From a virus (taxonomy: Duplodnaviria > Heunggongvirae > Uroviricota > Caudoviricetes): a DNA stretch of 64,000 nucleotides. The position numbers and the translations under genes were made by a program. How positions within the stretch are numbered: the first letter of the stretch is position 1; each line of letters starts with the position of its first letter. The stretch is taken from the IMG/VR virus record IMGVR_UViG_3300028422_000873; one strand, written 5' to 3'. Shown one piece after another: positions 1 to 9,533 of the stretch. A model generated the notes under the pieces. That model saw only the letters and a list, made by a program, of their open reading frames with translations. It was not told where the DNA came from and made no database searches.

Positions 1-1
1 T

Positions 2-145
2 CCCTTGTGCTGCGGCAGCTGCTAAGCCAGCTGATAAAGTAGCATATGCTGCTCCTGGTGCAATACCTGTTCCTACATAAGCAACACCAGCATCATAAGC
101 TGCTGTTAACGCGGTAGATAGTGCATAATCGGTTTTTAAGCTCAT
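2..145 (-). CDS. Ala/Gly-rich hypothetical protein, partial (runs off window start)
   Basis: Manual translation MSLKTDYALSTALTAAYDAGVAYVG...; SD GAGGAG and TGGTATAAT (181-189) upstream. Confidence 0.7.
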   Translation of the reverse strand, partial: MSLKTDYALSTALTAAYDAGVAYVGTGIAPGAAYATLSAGLAAAAAQG

Positions 146-206
146 ATTTTCTCCTCAAGTTAGTGATATAATTTACTTCTATTATACCACTAACCGATAT
201 TAAATC

Positions 207-500
207 TTATTCGACTAAACCTGAAGTCGGATTAACCTCATTTGCACGAATTTTTTCAATTTGCTCTAGGAGGAACTGGATCTTTGCTTTCTCGTAATTT
301 ACAGCTGAATTATAACCAGCATTAAGATCTTTAGCAATCTGCTTAGCAGCATTAAGTTTATCATCATTCTTTTTCTCTTCTAAAAGATCTCTAATGGTTA
401 ATTCACATTGTGTTAATTTTTCCATTGCCTCATCTTCTGTAATATCTTGGTGATTTTCTACAAAAGAACTACTTAATACCTGATTTGTTTTCTTTGCCAT
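207..500 (-). CDS. hypothetical coiled-coil protein
   Basis: 97 aa ORF with GGAG SD, co-oriented with neighbours. Confidence 0.7.
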   Translation of the reverse strand: MAKKTNQVLSSSFVENHQDITEDEAMEKLTQCELTIRDLLEEKKNDDKLNAAKQIAKDLNAGYNSAVNYEKAKIQFLLEQIEKIRANEVNPTSGLVE

Positions 501-509
501 AATATTCTC

Positions 510-1145
510 CTATTTATATTCGTACGTACCTTTTGGTGTTTTCTTAAATTCAATATCCTCTATTAAAGGCACATCATATGATATATCTTTTACCTTGTGA
601 TAAATTGAGACATAGAAAATAGCCATTGCTACGGCATCTACAATATCATATCTAAACTTTATTGGTTTACCAGTGTTTTGTGAAATAGAGTGATTAGGAA
701 ATCTAATATTCCATGTGTTCCATAATGCTTCTTGAGTCATTAATTTTTTGGCAGGCTCTTTACCCCATTTTAATTTTTGTTGTTTAGTTGGTTTAGTGCT
801 TCCTGTTATAAATTTTTTCCATAATGAAATATTTAATATTTCATATGGTAATTTTCTTTTTCTAGATACAAACTGTATCATTGCGCGGTAAGCACAATTT
901 TTATTTGCTCCTTGAGATGCAAACTTAGAGAAAAAATAATCTTCATGTGCTATATAATCAGGTTCATATGTATCTATTAGATTTTCTATAGCTGATGTAA
1001 ATGAAATATATTCATCTCCAGTATAGTCTGCTGGTTCTACATCAATAAAACCCCATTGTTTAATATGGGCTACGTCTTTTATAATCTCTACGAAACACCA
1101 ACCAGAATGATCAGCTGGATCAATTACTAAAATCTTCTTATTCAT
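510..1145 (-). CDS. ruvC: RuvC-like Holliday junction resolvase
   Basis: N-terminal ILVIDP beta strand with catalytic Asp, IAHED Glu, C-terminal DIVDAVAMA Asp pair. Confidence 0.8.
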   Translation of the reverse strand: MNKKILVIDPADHSGWCFVEIIKDVAHIKQWGFIDVEPADYTGDEYISFTSAIENLIDTYEPDYIAHEDYFFSKFASQGANKNCAYRAMIQFVSRKRKLPYEILNISLWKKFITGSTKPTKQQKLKWGKEPAKKLMTQEALWNTWNIRFPNHSISQNTGKPIKFRYDIVDAVAMAIFYVSIYHKVKDISYDVPLIEDIEFKKTPKGTYEYK

Positions 1146-1164
1146 GTGAGAATTATACTATTGA

Positions 1165-1986
1165 TTAAGAATCTTTCTTGACTTTTTTAGGTAATTTCTT
1201 ATTTTTAGGAGTATGTTTTGCCCATTCATGAGGCATGCTTTTAGGTACTTCACCTCTATCAGCTGCTGCCCACATCCAACGTCTTTGAGCTTCTGATTTA
1301 AATGGTTTACCTAGATCTTCCTCTTCTTCTAAAAACCATTGACCATTTTCTCTCTTGTTTATGGTTTCTTTGGCTCGTCTTATTGTTTTGGGTTTTTTAG
1401 ATTCTTGTGGTTTTTCAGCATTTTTTGCCTTCTCATGCGCCACACTCATAGGAGTTTTATAGCTAGATTCTTCAGTTGGTTTACGATCATGGAGGTTAAC
1501 TGTACTCTTATGATTCCATTTTTTATCTTTTGCATCCCACACATGTGTTATACGTATTTTATTTGGTACCTTACGATGACCAAAAGTTCCATCTTCTTTA
1601 GGATATGCTACGTGTCTGGTTCCACGAGTTGTATCAAGAACATAAGCTTCACCATGATATGAACCTTTACGTTCTGGAGCACTTTCTGCTTTATTTATTT
1701 CCCATTGTCCAGTAGATTTATTTACATTTAAAGCTTCTCTAGCTTCACGCATTTTCATATCTTTAATATCATTATTTTTAACTTGTTCAGCTTGTTTAAC
1801 TGGATTTTTCTTAGAAGCAGATGGCATACCAGGCATTTTAGGTGAAGTAGACATTCCTTTAATTCGTGGTTTAGTATCTGTTTTTAATGGTTTAATAGAG
1901 GGGAGAACATTACTCGAAGAAATCTTTTTCTTTAAGCTCTTTATAAGTTCTTCTAATTCTTCAATTTTATCATTTAAATCTTTCAT
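1165..1986 (-). CDS. Lys-rich modular protein, probable internal virion protein
   Basis: Very basic; repeated (N/T)GQW motifs; C-terminal PFKSEAQRRWMWA...PKS module resembling the N-terminus of the 49932 protein. Confidence 0.5.
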   Translation of the reverse strand: MKDLNDKIEELEELIKSLKKKISSSNVLPSIKPLKTDTKPRIKGMSTSPKMPGMPSASKKNPVKQAEQVKNNDIKDMKMREAREALNVNKSTGQWEINKAESAPERKGSYHGEAYVLDTTRGTRHVAYPKEDGTFGHRKVPNKIRITHVWDAKDKKWNHKSTVNLHDRKPTEESSYKTPMSVAHEKAKNAEKPQESKKPKTIRRAKETINKRENGQWFLEEEEDLGKPFKSEAQRRWMWAAADRGEVPKSMPHEWAKHTPKNKKLPKKVKKDS

Positions 1987-1998
1987 ATGATAATTATA

Positions 1999-3795
1999 TC
2001 ATACTTCTATCTCAACAATTGATGATATACCGCTCTTTTTCTCTACTCTAACAATATCAGTAAATAATGTCTTGGCTTCACTAGTATGATCTACTACAAT
2101 AATTTGACGTTTTTTAGCAATAACTTGAAGTAAATCAATAACAATTTCACGCCCGATTGAATCTAAGCCATCAAATGGTTCATCTAATATGACTGGATTT
2201 AAAGCGATACCATATTGAGCTGCAAGAACATCTAGAATTGCAAAATCTAATGCTAAGGATAGAGATCTTAGTTCTCCTCCAGATAGGGATCCAATTGATC
2301 TACTTTTTCCGTTAATTACTAATTCTTCTGAGAATTTTGCAACAACAGTCTTATCGCTATTCATTTTATGTGTTTGAAGAGAATAGGTTGCACTAGGCCA
2401 TATCAATTGAACATATTCAGAAACAGCGTCATTAAAAGAGGTGACAATAGAGTCCATGATATATGCAGGTGCACCGGTTGGAGCAAAAATAGTTGAACAT
2501 AGTTTTACAGTATTTAATTCATCTTCTAAACATGTTTTCTCTGTTTTTATTTTAACTGCATCTTTTAAAACATCTTTAATCTTTAATTGCACATGTGAGT
2601 TATTAACTAACTGTGTTTGTAAGTTTTGCATATTTATGTTTCTAGTGATTAAACATCTATTATAGTCATTTATTTTTACTTGAGCATCATCATAGTCCTT
2701 AAAGTCTTTCTTCTTTTGCTCAATTAATTTAATTTCTAGATTCTTAACTTGTTGACGTTTTGTTAACTCTTGATCATATTTATTAATAAGCTTTAATGAT
2801 TCACTCATGCGAATTTCAGCTTCCTCTATTAATTTATCATATTCTTCTTTTGCTTGTAGTTCTTGTGCACTAGTATCTTCTAAATGAAATAATTGTTTAC
2901 CTCTTACAACTAGTGGTGTATTGCAATCTGGACAATTTGTATCGGCTTTTGGTTTATTGAATATAAAAGGGGTTTCAATTATCTTCTTATCTCTGCTATA
3001 ATTATTCATAGCATTATTTCTATTTATTTCAGTTACAGAAAAATGATTATTAGCGTCTGATATTTTTACCTCTAAATCATGATACTTACTTAAATCAGGT
3101 TTAGGAATAGCTTGTAATTGAATTATGGCTTCTTTATAGTTATTAATTTCTTTTTGATGTTCTACAATAATAGATGATATATTATTCTCATCAACTAAAG
3201 ACTCTTTATATATATCAACTTTCGACTGAAGATTTTTTAATTCATTTTCTTTTACTAAAATATCTTTTTCTAACTCTGAAATAATGTTTTTTGTCTGCTT
3301 ATAGAAATCATTGAAAGTTGTCAGTTTCATAAGAGCTAATATAAAATCTTTCTTACCAGAATCATTTAAGAATATAAACTTTTGCTGAGTATTTTGAGCT
3401 GTATACATCGTAATAAGGAATTGCTCATATGAAAAACCTATTTTTTCTTCAAATTCCTCTTGTGTTATGCTTACTATATTGCCATCTATATAATATTCAA
3501 CTGATGTTGGTCTACATCTTTTTACAGAGTATATATGGTTATTTGCTCTAATATTTACTTTACAATAACCTTCTTTTGCTCCTTTACGGAGTATTTCTGA
3601 TTTAGTTATTTTACGCGGTATTTTTTCGTAGATAGCAAAAGAAATAGCATTAAAAATAGCACTTTTACCAGCGCCATTAGCTCTATTATCATCTAAGTTC
3701 CAACCTTCATATAATATAAGACCATCTGATCCAAATTCTTGCGATATATCTCCAATACTTAAAATATTATGTATATCAACGCTTAATATTTCCAT
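1999..3795 (-). CDS. SMC/SbcC/gp46-like recombination ATPase
   Basis: Walker A NGAGKS, Q-loop YTAQ, long coiled coil with CPDC zinc hook, signature LSGGE, Walker B ILDEPFDGLD, H-loop VVDH. Confidence 0.92.
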   Translation of the reverse strand: MEILSVDIHNILSIGDISQEFGSDGLILYEGWNLDDNRANGAGKSAIFNAISFAIYEKIPRKITKSEILRKGAKEGYCKVNIRANNHIYSVKRCRPTSVEYYIDGNIVSITQEEFEEKIGFSYEQFLITMYTAQNTQQKFIFLNDSGKKDFILALMKLTTFNDFYKQTKNIISELEKDILVKENELKNLQSKVDIYKESLVDENNISSIIVEHQKEINNYKEAIIQLQAIPKPDLSKYHDLEVKISDANNHFSVTEINRNNAMNNYSRDKKIIETPFIFNKPKADTNCPDCNTPLVVRGKQLFHLEDTSAQELQAKEEYDKLIEEAEIRMSESLKLINKYDQELTKRQQVKNLEIKLIEQKKKDFKDYDDAQVKINDYNRCLITRNINMQNLQTQLVNNSHVQLKIKDVLKDAVKIKTEKTCLEDELNTVKLCSTIFAPTGAPAYIMDSIVTSFNDAVSEYVQLIWPSATYSLQTHKMNSDKTVVAKFSEELVINGKSRSIGSLSGGELRSLSLALDFAILDVLAAQYGIALNPVILDEPFDGLDSIGREIVIDLLQVIAKKRQIIVVDHTSEAKTLFTDIVRVEKKSGISSIVEIEV

Positions 3796-3802
3796 AAATA
3801 AA

Positions 3803-3831
3803 AACCCCTCTAAGAGAATCCTAGAGGGGTT
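3803..3831 (-). terminator. intrinsic terminator-like hairpin overlapping the RBS of the SMC gene
   Basis: Perfect 10-bp stem AACCCCTCTA/TAGAGGGGTT, 9-nt loop, followed by TTTATTT on the minus strand. Confidence 0.7.
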
Positions 3832-3856
3832 ATACCTATTATTTTTAAAGAGTTAG

Positions 3857-4723
3857 TTAGTATTGCATTCCGTTACTACGACGCATCATATACGAGGGAT
3901 TCATTTTTTCAAGAATTTTCGCTCTAATATCCTTATCTACATTATCAAGAGTCCACTCGGTTTCTTTTTTACCATCAGTCTTAATTTTAATCTTAATATC
4001 GTATTCTGACATTAATGGACAGTGAGGAGTTTTGTAAGATAGTTCGATAGTTAGTCCGAAAAATTCAATGTTTTCTTTTTCTTGAGTAAAGCCAGCTAAA
4101 GTTTTACCACAGGTTAAATTAACCACCTCATCAGCAAACCCTTTATCTACACAATCTTGACCTTCACACCAGTATTCATTTTCAAATAAATCCCTATATT
4201 GTTCAAAAGTTAATTTACCATTTGTTCTAGCTGTAGCTTGTCTATCCATTCTTTCAATACGTCTTAACCAATAATTATAACGTGAATCTAACTGCGATAC
4301 CTTATCCCCAAATTCACCCATAAAACCACCACTGGCTTTATGAGCCATTAATGTACCAGAAGGTGTAATCAGTCTTTCACCTAATGCTTGAACGGTTTGA
4401 AATCCCATAGATGCAGAAAGTAATGTAACAGTCTTAACTTCTCTATTTTGTGATAACATGAAGTCAATCATTTCTAATCCTGCCCAAATACTTCCACCAG
4501 GAGTATCAAGAACAAAATATATAGGATCTTTTCTTTCGGTTACCATATATGGAATTAACGGTGTATTCACTACATTTAATAAATCTTGTTTAACCTGTGA
4601 AGTAGTTGCATATGTTACCGCAGATTTCAACGATATCATATTATGTTTCTCTAGTACCACTGTCTTACCAAAGGTAGTAAAAGATAACATTAACATTGTT
4701 AATACTAATAATAATTTTCTCAT
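3857..4723 (-). CDS. clpP: ClpP/crotonase-fold serine protease with N-terminal signal peptide
   Basis: LDTPGGS, SASMG (catalytic Ser), LMAH (catalytic His); MRK followed by a hydrophobic stretch. Confidence 0.8.
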   Translation of the reverse strand: MRKLLLVLTMLMLSFTTFGKTVVLEKHNMISLKSAVTYATTSQVKQDLLNVVNTPLIPYMVTERKDPIYFVLDTPGGSIWAGLEMIDFMLSQNREVKTVTLLSASMGFQTVQALGERLITPSGTLMAHKASGGFMGEFGDKVSQLDSRYNYWLRRIERMDRQATARTNGKLTFEQYRDLFENEYWCEGQDCVDKGFADEVVNLTCGKTLAGFTQEKENIEFFGLTIELSYKTPHCPLMSEYDIKIKIKTDGKKETEWTLDNVDKDIRAKILEKMNPSYMMRRSNGMQY

Positions 4724-4734
4724 GCTCTCTCCTC

Positions 4735-5085
4735 TTATTGGGCTTCAGGTGGTGTAGTTCTAGTACACAATTCACCTTGCTCGTTATAATATACCCATCT
4801 CATTTCTAACATTGTTTCTAAACTATATATACCAGAGGCAACCATTTTAGGAACTTCAACACTCCAATAATATTCTAGTTTACGATCATTGATGATTTTC
4901 TTTTGATCTTGTTTATGCTTTACATTTCTATATTTATCAACGGTTTCATTAACTTGTGCATGTCCCGATAATCTAGGCATTTGACGTTTAAAATCACCAC
5001 CACATTCACATGAATACGATTCTTTGGAACTATATTTAGTTTCTTCTTTATTACATTTATCACATTTATAGCGATATTTAGCCAT
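4735..5085 (-). CDS. FmdB-like zinc-ribbon protein
   Basis: YRYKCDKC...CECGG..KRQM pattern. Confidence 0.7.
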   Translation of the reverse strand: MAKYRYKCDKCNKEETKYSSKESYSCECGGDFKRQMPRLSGHAQVNETVDKYRNVKHKQDQKKIINDRKLEYYWSVEVPKMVASGIYSLETMLEMRWVYYNEQGELCTRTTPPEAQ

Positions 5086-5786
5086 TAAAACCTCAATCCT
5101 ATTCCACCGCCAACAGCAAAATTATTAGCAAAGTTTGATTCTGTTTTCACATCAATAAAAACTGGTCCAAATACATCACGCGATATAGATGTGTAGTAAT
5201 TATTGTTGGTTAGATATCCAACAGCTATACCAAAGCTACGTTTATTAATTTCTACGCTCTTCTTGCGTTTAAATTCTGATATAACTTGTTCTTTCTCTTT
5301 AATCTGTTTATCAAATTCTTGCTTTATTTTACTAACTCGTTGTTTATGAATAGTCATCCATTTGTTCTCAATGGATTTAACTTTACGATTAAACTCTTCT
5401 GTGATCTCTGTAGTTATCTGAGATATCTGTTCTGTTTCTGTTTTTTTATATGTTTTTTCAATAATAGTTCCATCTGGTTTTACAATTTTTAATGTTCCCT
5501 CATCAGTCTTTTTACGAAGTTCATGATTTTCTTGAGTTAAAGAGTGAACTTTACGATTAGATTCTTCTATCTTAGTTTTCATAGAAGTTTGAGTGGCATC
5601 AAATTTATCTACCATATCTTTAACTTGTTTAACATGCTCTTGTTGTTTTTTTTCAAGTTGTCGCTGATACTTCTGTTGCTCATCTATCCTAATACTTTTA
5701 CTAGGGTAGCAGATTGCGCCTATACTAATGCCAATAATTAATATAAGTATCCACTGAATATACTTATTTTGCAATACTTTTTTCAT
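5085..5786 (-). CDS. membrane-anchored coiled-coil protein with C-terminal beta strands (possible spanin-like lysis protein)
   Basis: N-terminal TM WILILIIGISIGAIC, long coiled coil, ends AVGGGIGLRF. Confidence 0.5.
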   Translation of the reverse strand: MKKVLQNKYIQWILILIIGISIGAICYPSKSIRIDEQQKYQRQLEKKQQEHVKQVKDMVDKFDATQTSMKTKIEESNRKVHSLTQENHELRKKTDEGTLKIVKPDGTIIEKTYKKTETEQISQITTEITEEFNRKVKSIENKWMTIHKQRVSKIKQEFDKQIKEKEQVISEFKRKKSVEINKRSFGIAVGYLTNNNYYTSISRDVFGPVFIDVKTESNFANNFAVGGGIGLRF

Positions 5787-5787
5787 A

Positions 5788-7470
5788 TTACTGTCCTAAA
5801 CCAGAATCTCCCATCATATCCTTAAATGCTTGTTTAGATAAAGCGAGTTGATTTTCTAATCCAGAATCTCTTGGGACAACTACAATACCACCTAATGTTG
5901 TTAATAACCCTGCAACTGATAAAGCATTAGCTATTGATACTCTAGCAACTTTAGCAGGTTCAATAATTCCAGCGATATATGGATCAACAATTTCGTGAGT
6001 ATCTGCATTAAATATCTTATCATCTTGATCTTCTAGTAATTTTCTAATATCCTCTACATCTTCCCCACAGTTACTTAATAACAATCTATAAGGAGCGTGT
6101 AGTGCTTCCGCCATAATATCCCACGATTGTTTTTTATTCTCATGTTTACTTATAAGATCGATTAACTTACGATGAACAAAACATCCACCAGGAACAATAC
6201 CCTCGGCGATGGCTGATCTAACTGCTTCTACAGCATCTTCAACACGTCCTTTTTTCTCTCTAACTTCTAAATCAGAAGCACCACCTACCCAAATAGTTGA
6301 AATACCACCAGTTAATTTACCAATAGCAGCTTTAACAAACATACGATCAAAATCTGAATGACAGGTTTTAGCTAATCCTTTTAATTCCTCAATTCTTGAA
6401 TCAACAGCATCACTATCAGGATCTGATAGGATGAATGTCTCATACATTGTACTTCTTGCACTTTCAAAAGTACCAAAATCTTCTTCAGTAATATCTGCAA
6501 TATCACCTGGATCAAAAACTCTCGCTCCAGTATAAGCCGCCATATCGCGGAGGAGCATCGATCTGGAATTAGGCATACCAGAGCGAGGTGTTTTGACCGG
6601 ACAGATAGTCATACCGCCCTTTACATTACTAGCGATTTTATCCATCACAATATCAGAAAATTCATGTGCCATAATAATAAGTGGTGAACCATATAATTCA
6701 GTTCCTTCAATGGCTTCTTGCACAAAACCAAGTGGTTTTAAATCAGTAATACTGCCATCGTAAAGAAATACATAACCCATATCCATCTTACATTGTTGAT
6801 TAGCATTGTCATTTATAAATAGAGGTCCAAGACGCCCAATCTCTCTAAGTCCACTTGTCACAATATAACCATCGATGGTTTCAACCCTCATCTGATTACC
6901 TTGAGCTTCCTCTAATAAAACTGTTCCATCTTCTCCTGCAGCTAATACAGCCTCAACAACAGCACCTGCAATTGTTTTATCACCATTGGCAGAAATAGTT
7001 GCCACATGTGTTAATTTATCTTTTGTATCAGCTTCTATAGCTATATCTTCAAGATATGGAACTATGACTTCTTTATATAAATCTAAAAGTTCTCTAATAA
7101 CTCTTTGAGGATTGTATTTTGGATTCTTTGCAATAAAATCTTGACCAGCTTTAGCAATAGCTTCAGCTAACACAATAGCAGTTGTAGTACCATCTCCTGC
7201 ATCTTTTGCCGTATTAATACAAATTTCTTTGGCTGCTTCAACAATAACATTTGCTTCAGCTTTATCAACACCGATAGATTTAGCAACAGTAACACCGTCT
7301 TTTGTTACTAATGGAGCCATACCATCTCTCTCTATAAGAACAGGTCGTCCACCTGGACCGAGAGTAGCACCAACAATTGCCGCCATTTTAGAAATAGTAT
7401 CAGACACGATTTCATTAATCTTATCTTTATCAGCTATAATATTTTTAGCTTTTGTTTTTTCATAAATCAT
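5788..7470 (-). CDS. groEL: GroEL-like chaperonin (Cpn60)
   Basis: TLGPGG, VTKDGVTVAK, DAGDGTTTAIVLA, ISANGD, RVEDA, GIVPGGC, GIIEPAKV. Confidence 0.97.
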   Translation of the reverse strand: MIYEKTKAKNIIADKDKINEIVSDTISKMAAIVGATLGPGGRPVLIERDGMAPLVTKDGVTVAKSIGVDKAEANVIVEAAKEICINTAKDAGDGTTTAIVLAEAIAKAGQDFIAKNPKYNPQRVIRELLDLYKEVIVPYLEDIAIEADTKDKLTHVATISANGDKTIAGAVVEAVLAAGEDGTVLLEEAQGNQMRVETIDGYIVTSGLREIGRLGPLFINDNANQQCKMDMGYVFLYDGSITDLKPLGFVQEAIEGTELYGSPLIIMAHEFSDIVMDKIASNVKGGMTICPVKTPRSGMPNSRSMLLRDMAAYTGARVFDPGDIADITEEDFGTFESARSTMYETFILSDPDSDAVDSRIEELKGLAKTCHSDFDRMFVKAAIGKLTGGISTIWVGGASDLEVREKKGRVEDAVEAVRSAIAEGIVPGGCFVHRKLIDLISKHENKKQSWDIMAEALHAPYRLLLSNCGEDVEDIRKLLEDQDDKIFNADTHEIVDPYIAGIIEPAKVARVSIANALSVAGLLTTLGGIVVVPRDSGLENQLALSKQAFKDMMGDSGLGQ

Positions 7471-8176
7471 GTAACTCTCCGTTTATATATTGATCAACTA
7501 GTTTACCATAGCGTTTTAATTTTTTCATATTATGTTCAAAACCATAAAAACTATGCCCTAATTTTAAAGCTGCTCTAAGACCAGATTGAGTCCCCATCCA
7601 TGGATCAAAAACTATAGATCCAGGAAGTGCATCTGTCATGCGAATTAATAATTCAGCTAAATCTAATGGGTAAGCTTCTTCTAAAGAACCAGTCTCTACT
7701 TTCCACGTATTACCTGGGCAAGAGATATCATCATCTATTTTAAGATACTCTTTAATCGGTAATCTGTCTAAATTCCATACATCTCCGTTGCAAAAATGTA
7801 ATACATATTCATGAGAGTTAACTAAATTAACCTCTGATCTCTTACCTGGTAACCAAGATTTTTCTATTATGATATTATCAATATGATTAAAACCAGCATC
7901 TGTCATTATTTTAGCAACTTCAAAAGGACGTGATTTGCATTCAATTGGTGCATAACATATTAAAAAAACAATGCCATTCTGAACAACATTGTTTTTAAGT
8001 TTTTCTGCAATTTTTTTAAGGTTTTCTGATGAGTAACCATCTCTTTTACGAATAGGTACGCGACCAATACATATTTCTATAGCATTTGGCCATACAGCAT
8101 ATGAGTCTAATGGATCTCCAACTCCATTGGGATTTATTTTAACATTTGTGTTGAATATACTAGATAGATTGTCCAT
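7460..8176 (-). CDS. N6A/N4C DNA methyltransferase-like protein (beta class), degenerate
   Basis: YPLDLAELLI, IVFDPWMGT (motif I), ALKLGHSFYGFE; no DPPY/SPPY motif IV visible. Confidence 0.7.
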   Translation of the reverse strand: MDNLSSIFNTNVKINPNGVGDPLDSYAVWPNAIEICIGRVPIRKRDGYSSENLKKIAEKLKNNVVQNGIVFLICYAPIECKSRPFEVAKIMTDAGFNHIDNIIIEKSWLPGKRSEVNLVNSHEYVLHFCNGDVWNLDRLPIKEYLKIDDDISCPGNTWKVETGSLEEAYPLDLAELLIRMTDALPGSIVFDPWMGTQSGLRAALKLGHSFYGFEHNMKKLKRYGKLVDQYINGELHDL

Positions 8177-8262
8177 TTAGCTCCTCATGACAAATCTCGA
8201 CTGCAATACAATTCTATCTAGTTATACCCATGTTTCTTTAAAATAAAAAAGTTATTATATTG

Positions 8263-8655
8263 TTATGTTTCTTGTAAGACTTCTTCTACTACATCAAAGT
8301 ATGCTTTTTCAATAGCTTTATCAATATTAAGTTTTAAATCAGCTAAATTCATGTTAAAAAATACTTTAATATTGTATTTATCATACTCATCATCGCATGA
8401 ATATAAATCTATTTGAGCAACAAACATCCATATATCTTTTGGAAAGAAACTAGGAATTGCATTTAGTCTACCCTCTGGAGATAGTTTTAAATCTTTCATG
8501 TTTATAGTTAGATCAACCATGATTGAACAATAGTTATACAAGAAATTTACAGGCGATCCATCGAGTGGCATCATGATACCACTCGTTGAAACTTTATTAA
8601 CTTTATCACAGTTTTTAATAATATCTTTAAAGCTGTTTTTTATGTAATTAATCAT
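8263..8655 (-). CDS. hypothetical protein
   Basis: 130 aa ORF in operon with GGAG SD. Confidence 0.65.
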   Translation of the reverse strand: MINYIKNSFKDIIKNCDKVNKVSTSGIMMPLDGSPVNFLYNYCSIMVDLTINMKDLKLSPEGRLNAIPSFFPKDIWMFVAQIDLYSCDDEYDKYNIKVFFNMNLADLKLNIDKAIEKAYFDVVEEVLQET

Positions 8656-8657
8656 AA

Positions 8658-9404
8658 CTACTCTCCTGAAGAACCAAATCCTCCGGTGCCGCGATCTGTA
8701 TCCTCAGATACCTCTTCAACTTCTGCCATATAATAATTAGATGAATAAGGATACATGATTAGTTGTGCTAGTTTTTGGCCTTTTTTAATATGAATTTTGG
8801 CAGGTGTTTTTGCAGTACATGGTAAACCAGTCACTTTATCTCTAATACTATGAAAATGACTATCTATTAAACAGGTACATATGACATGTGGAATACCACG
8901 ATATGATTCATCAATAATACCAGCATACACTAGAAGTCCTTTACTACCTAATCCAGATTTAGATGTTATTTGTGCATACGTGCCTTCTGGTAGTTTCATT
9001 TTTATATTTAACGGATGTTTTGTCACATAACCAGCATGAATAGTAACATCTTCTGTAGCATACAAATCAAAACCGGCATCGGTTTTATGAGCTTTCATGG
9101 GTAATTTACCACCCTCTAAAATCTCAACTTCAATCCTATATTTATCATCAAATTTTTTCTGTTGTTCATCTTTAATTTTTTCTTGTTTATAAACCACATA
9201 TTCTGTAGGTGCTTCCTCTAAAGAAGCTAATTGCATAATCTGATTTCTAATAAAATCCGGGTTGTCTTTAAGATCAGCAGAAGATACTAGATCTTTATAT
9301 TCTTCTGCTAATTTATCTAATTCTTGTCGCGCGGTATCTGCATCATCTGCGTATTTATTAAAAATCTCATACTTCTTTTTTTCAAACTCATTAAATCTAT
9401 CCAT
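8658..9404 (-). CDS. dut: trimeric dUTPase with N-terminal helical extension
   Basis: AGFDL, KSGLG, GIIDESYRG, RGTGGFGSSG motifs. Confidence 0.95.
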   Translation of the reverse strand: MDRFNEFEKKKYEIFNKYADDADTARQELDKLAEEYKDLVSSADLKDNPDFIRNQIMQLASLEEAPTEYVVYKQEKIKDEQQKKFDDKYRIEVEILEGGKLPMKAHKTDAGFDLYATEDVTIHAGYVTKHPLNIKMKLPEGTYAQITSKSGLGSKGLLVYAGIIDESYRGIPHVICTCLIDSHFHSIRDKVTGLPCTAKTPAKIHIKKGQKLAQLIMYPYSSNYYMAEVEEVSEDTDRGTGGFGSSGE

Positions 9405-9533
9405 AATTTTCTCCCTGTTATTACATCAATTATACAAACAGAATACCAACTGTGTTTAAAAATACGTATAGTTATGTTCTACTTCTTTTTTAGTTGTCAC
9501 GGGTAAAATAGCATTGCAAATCCCCGTCTTACC

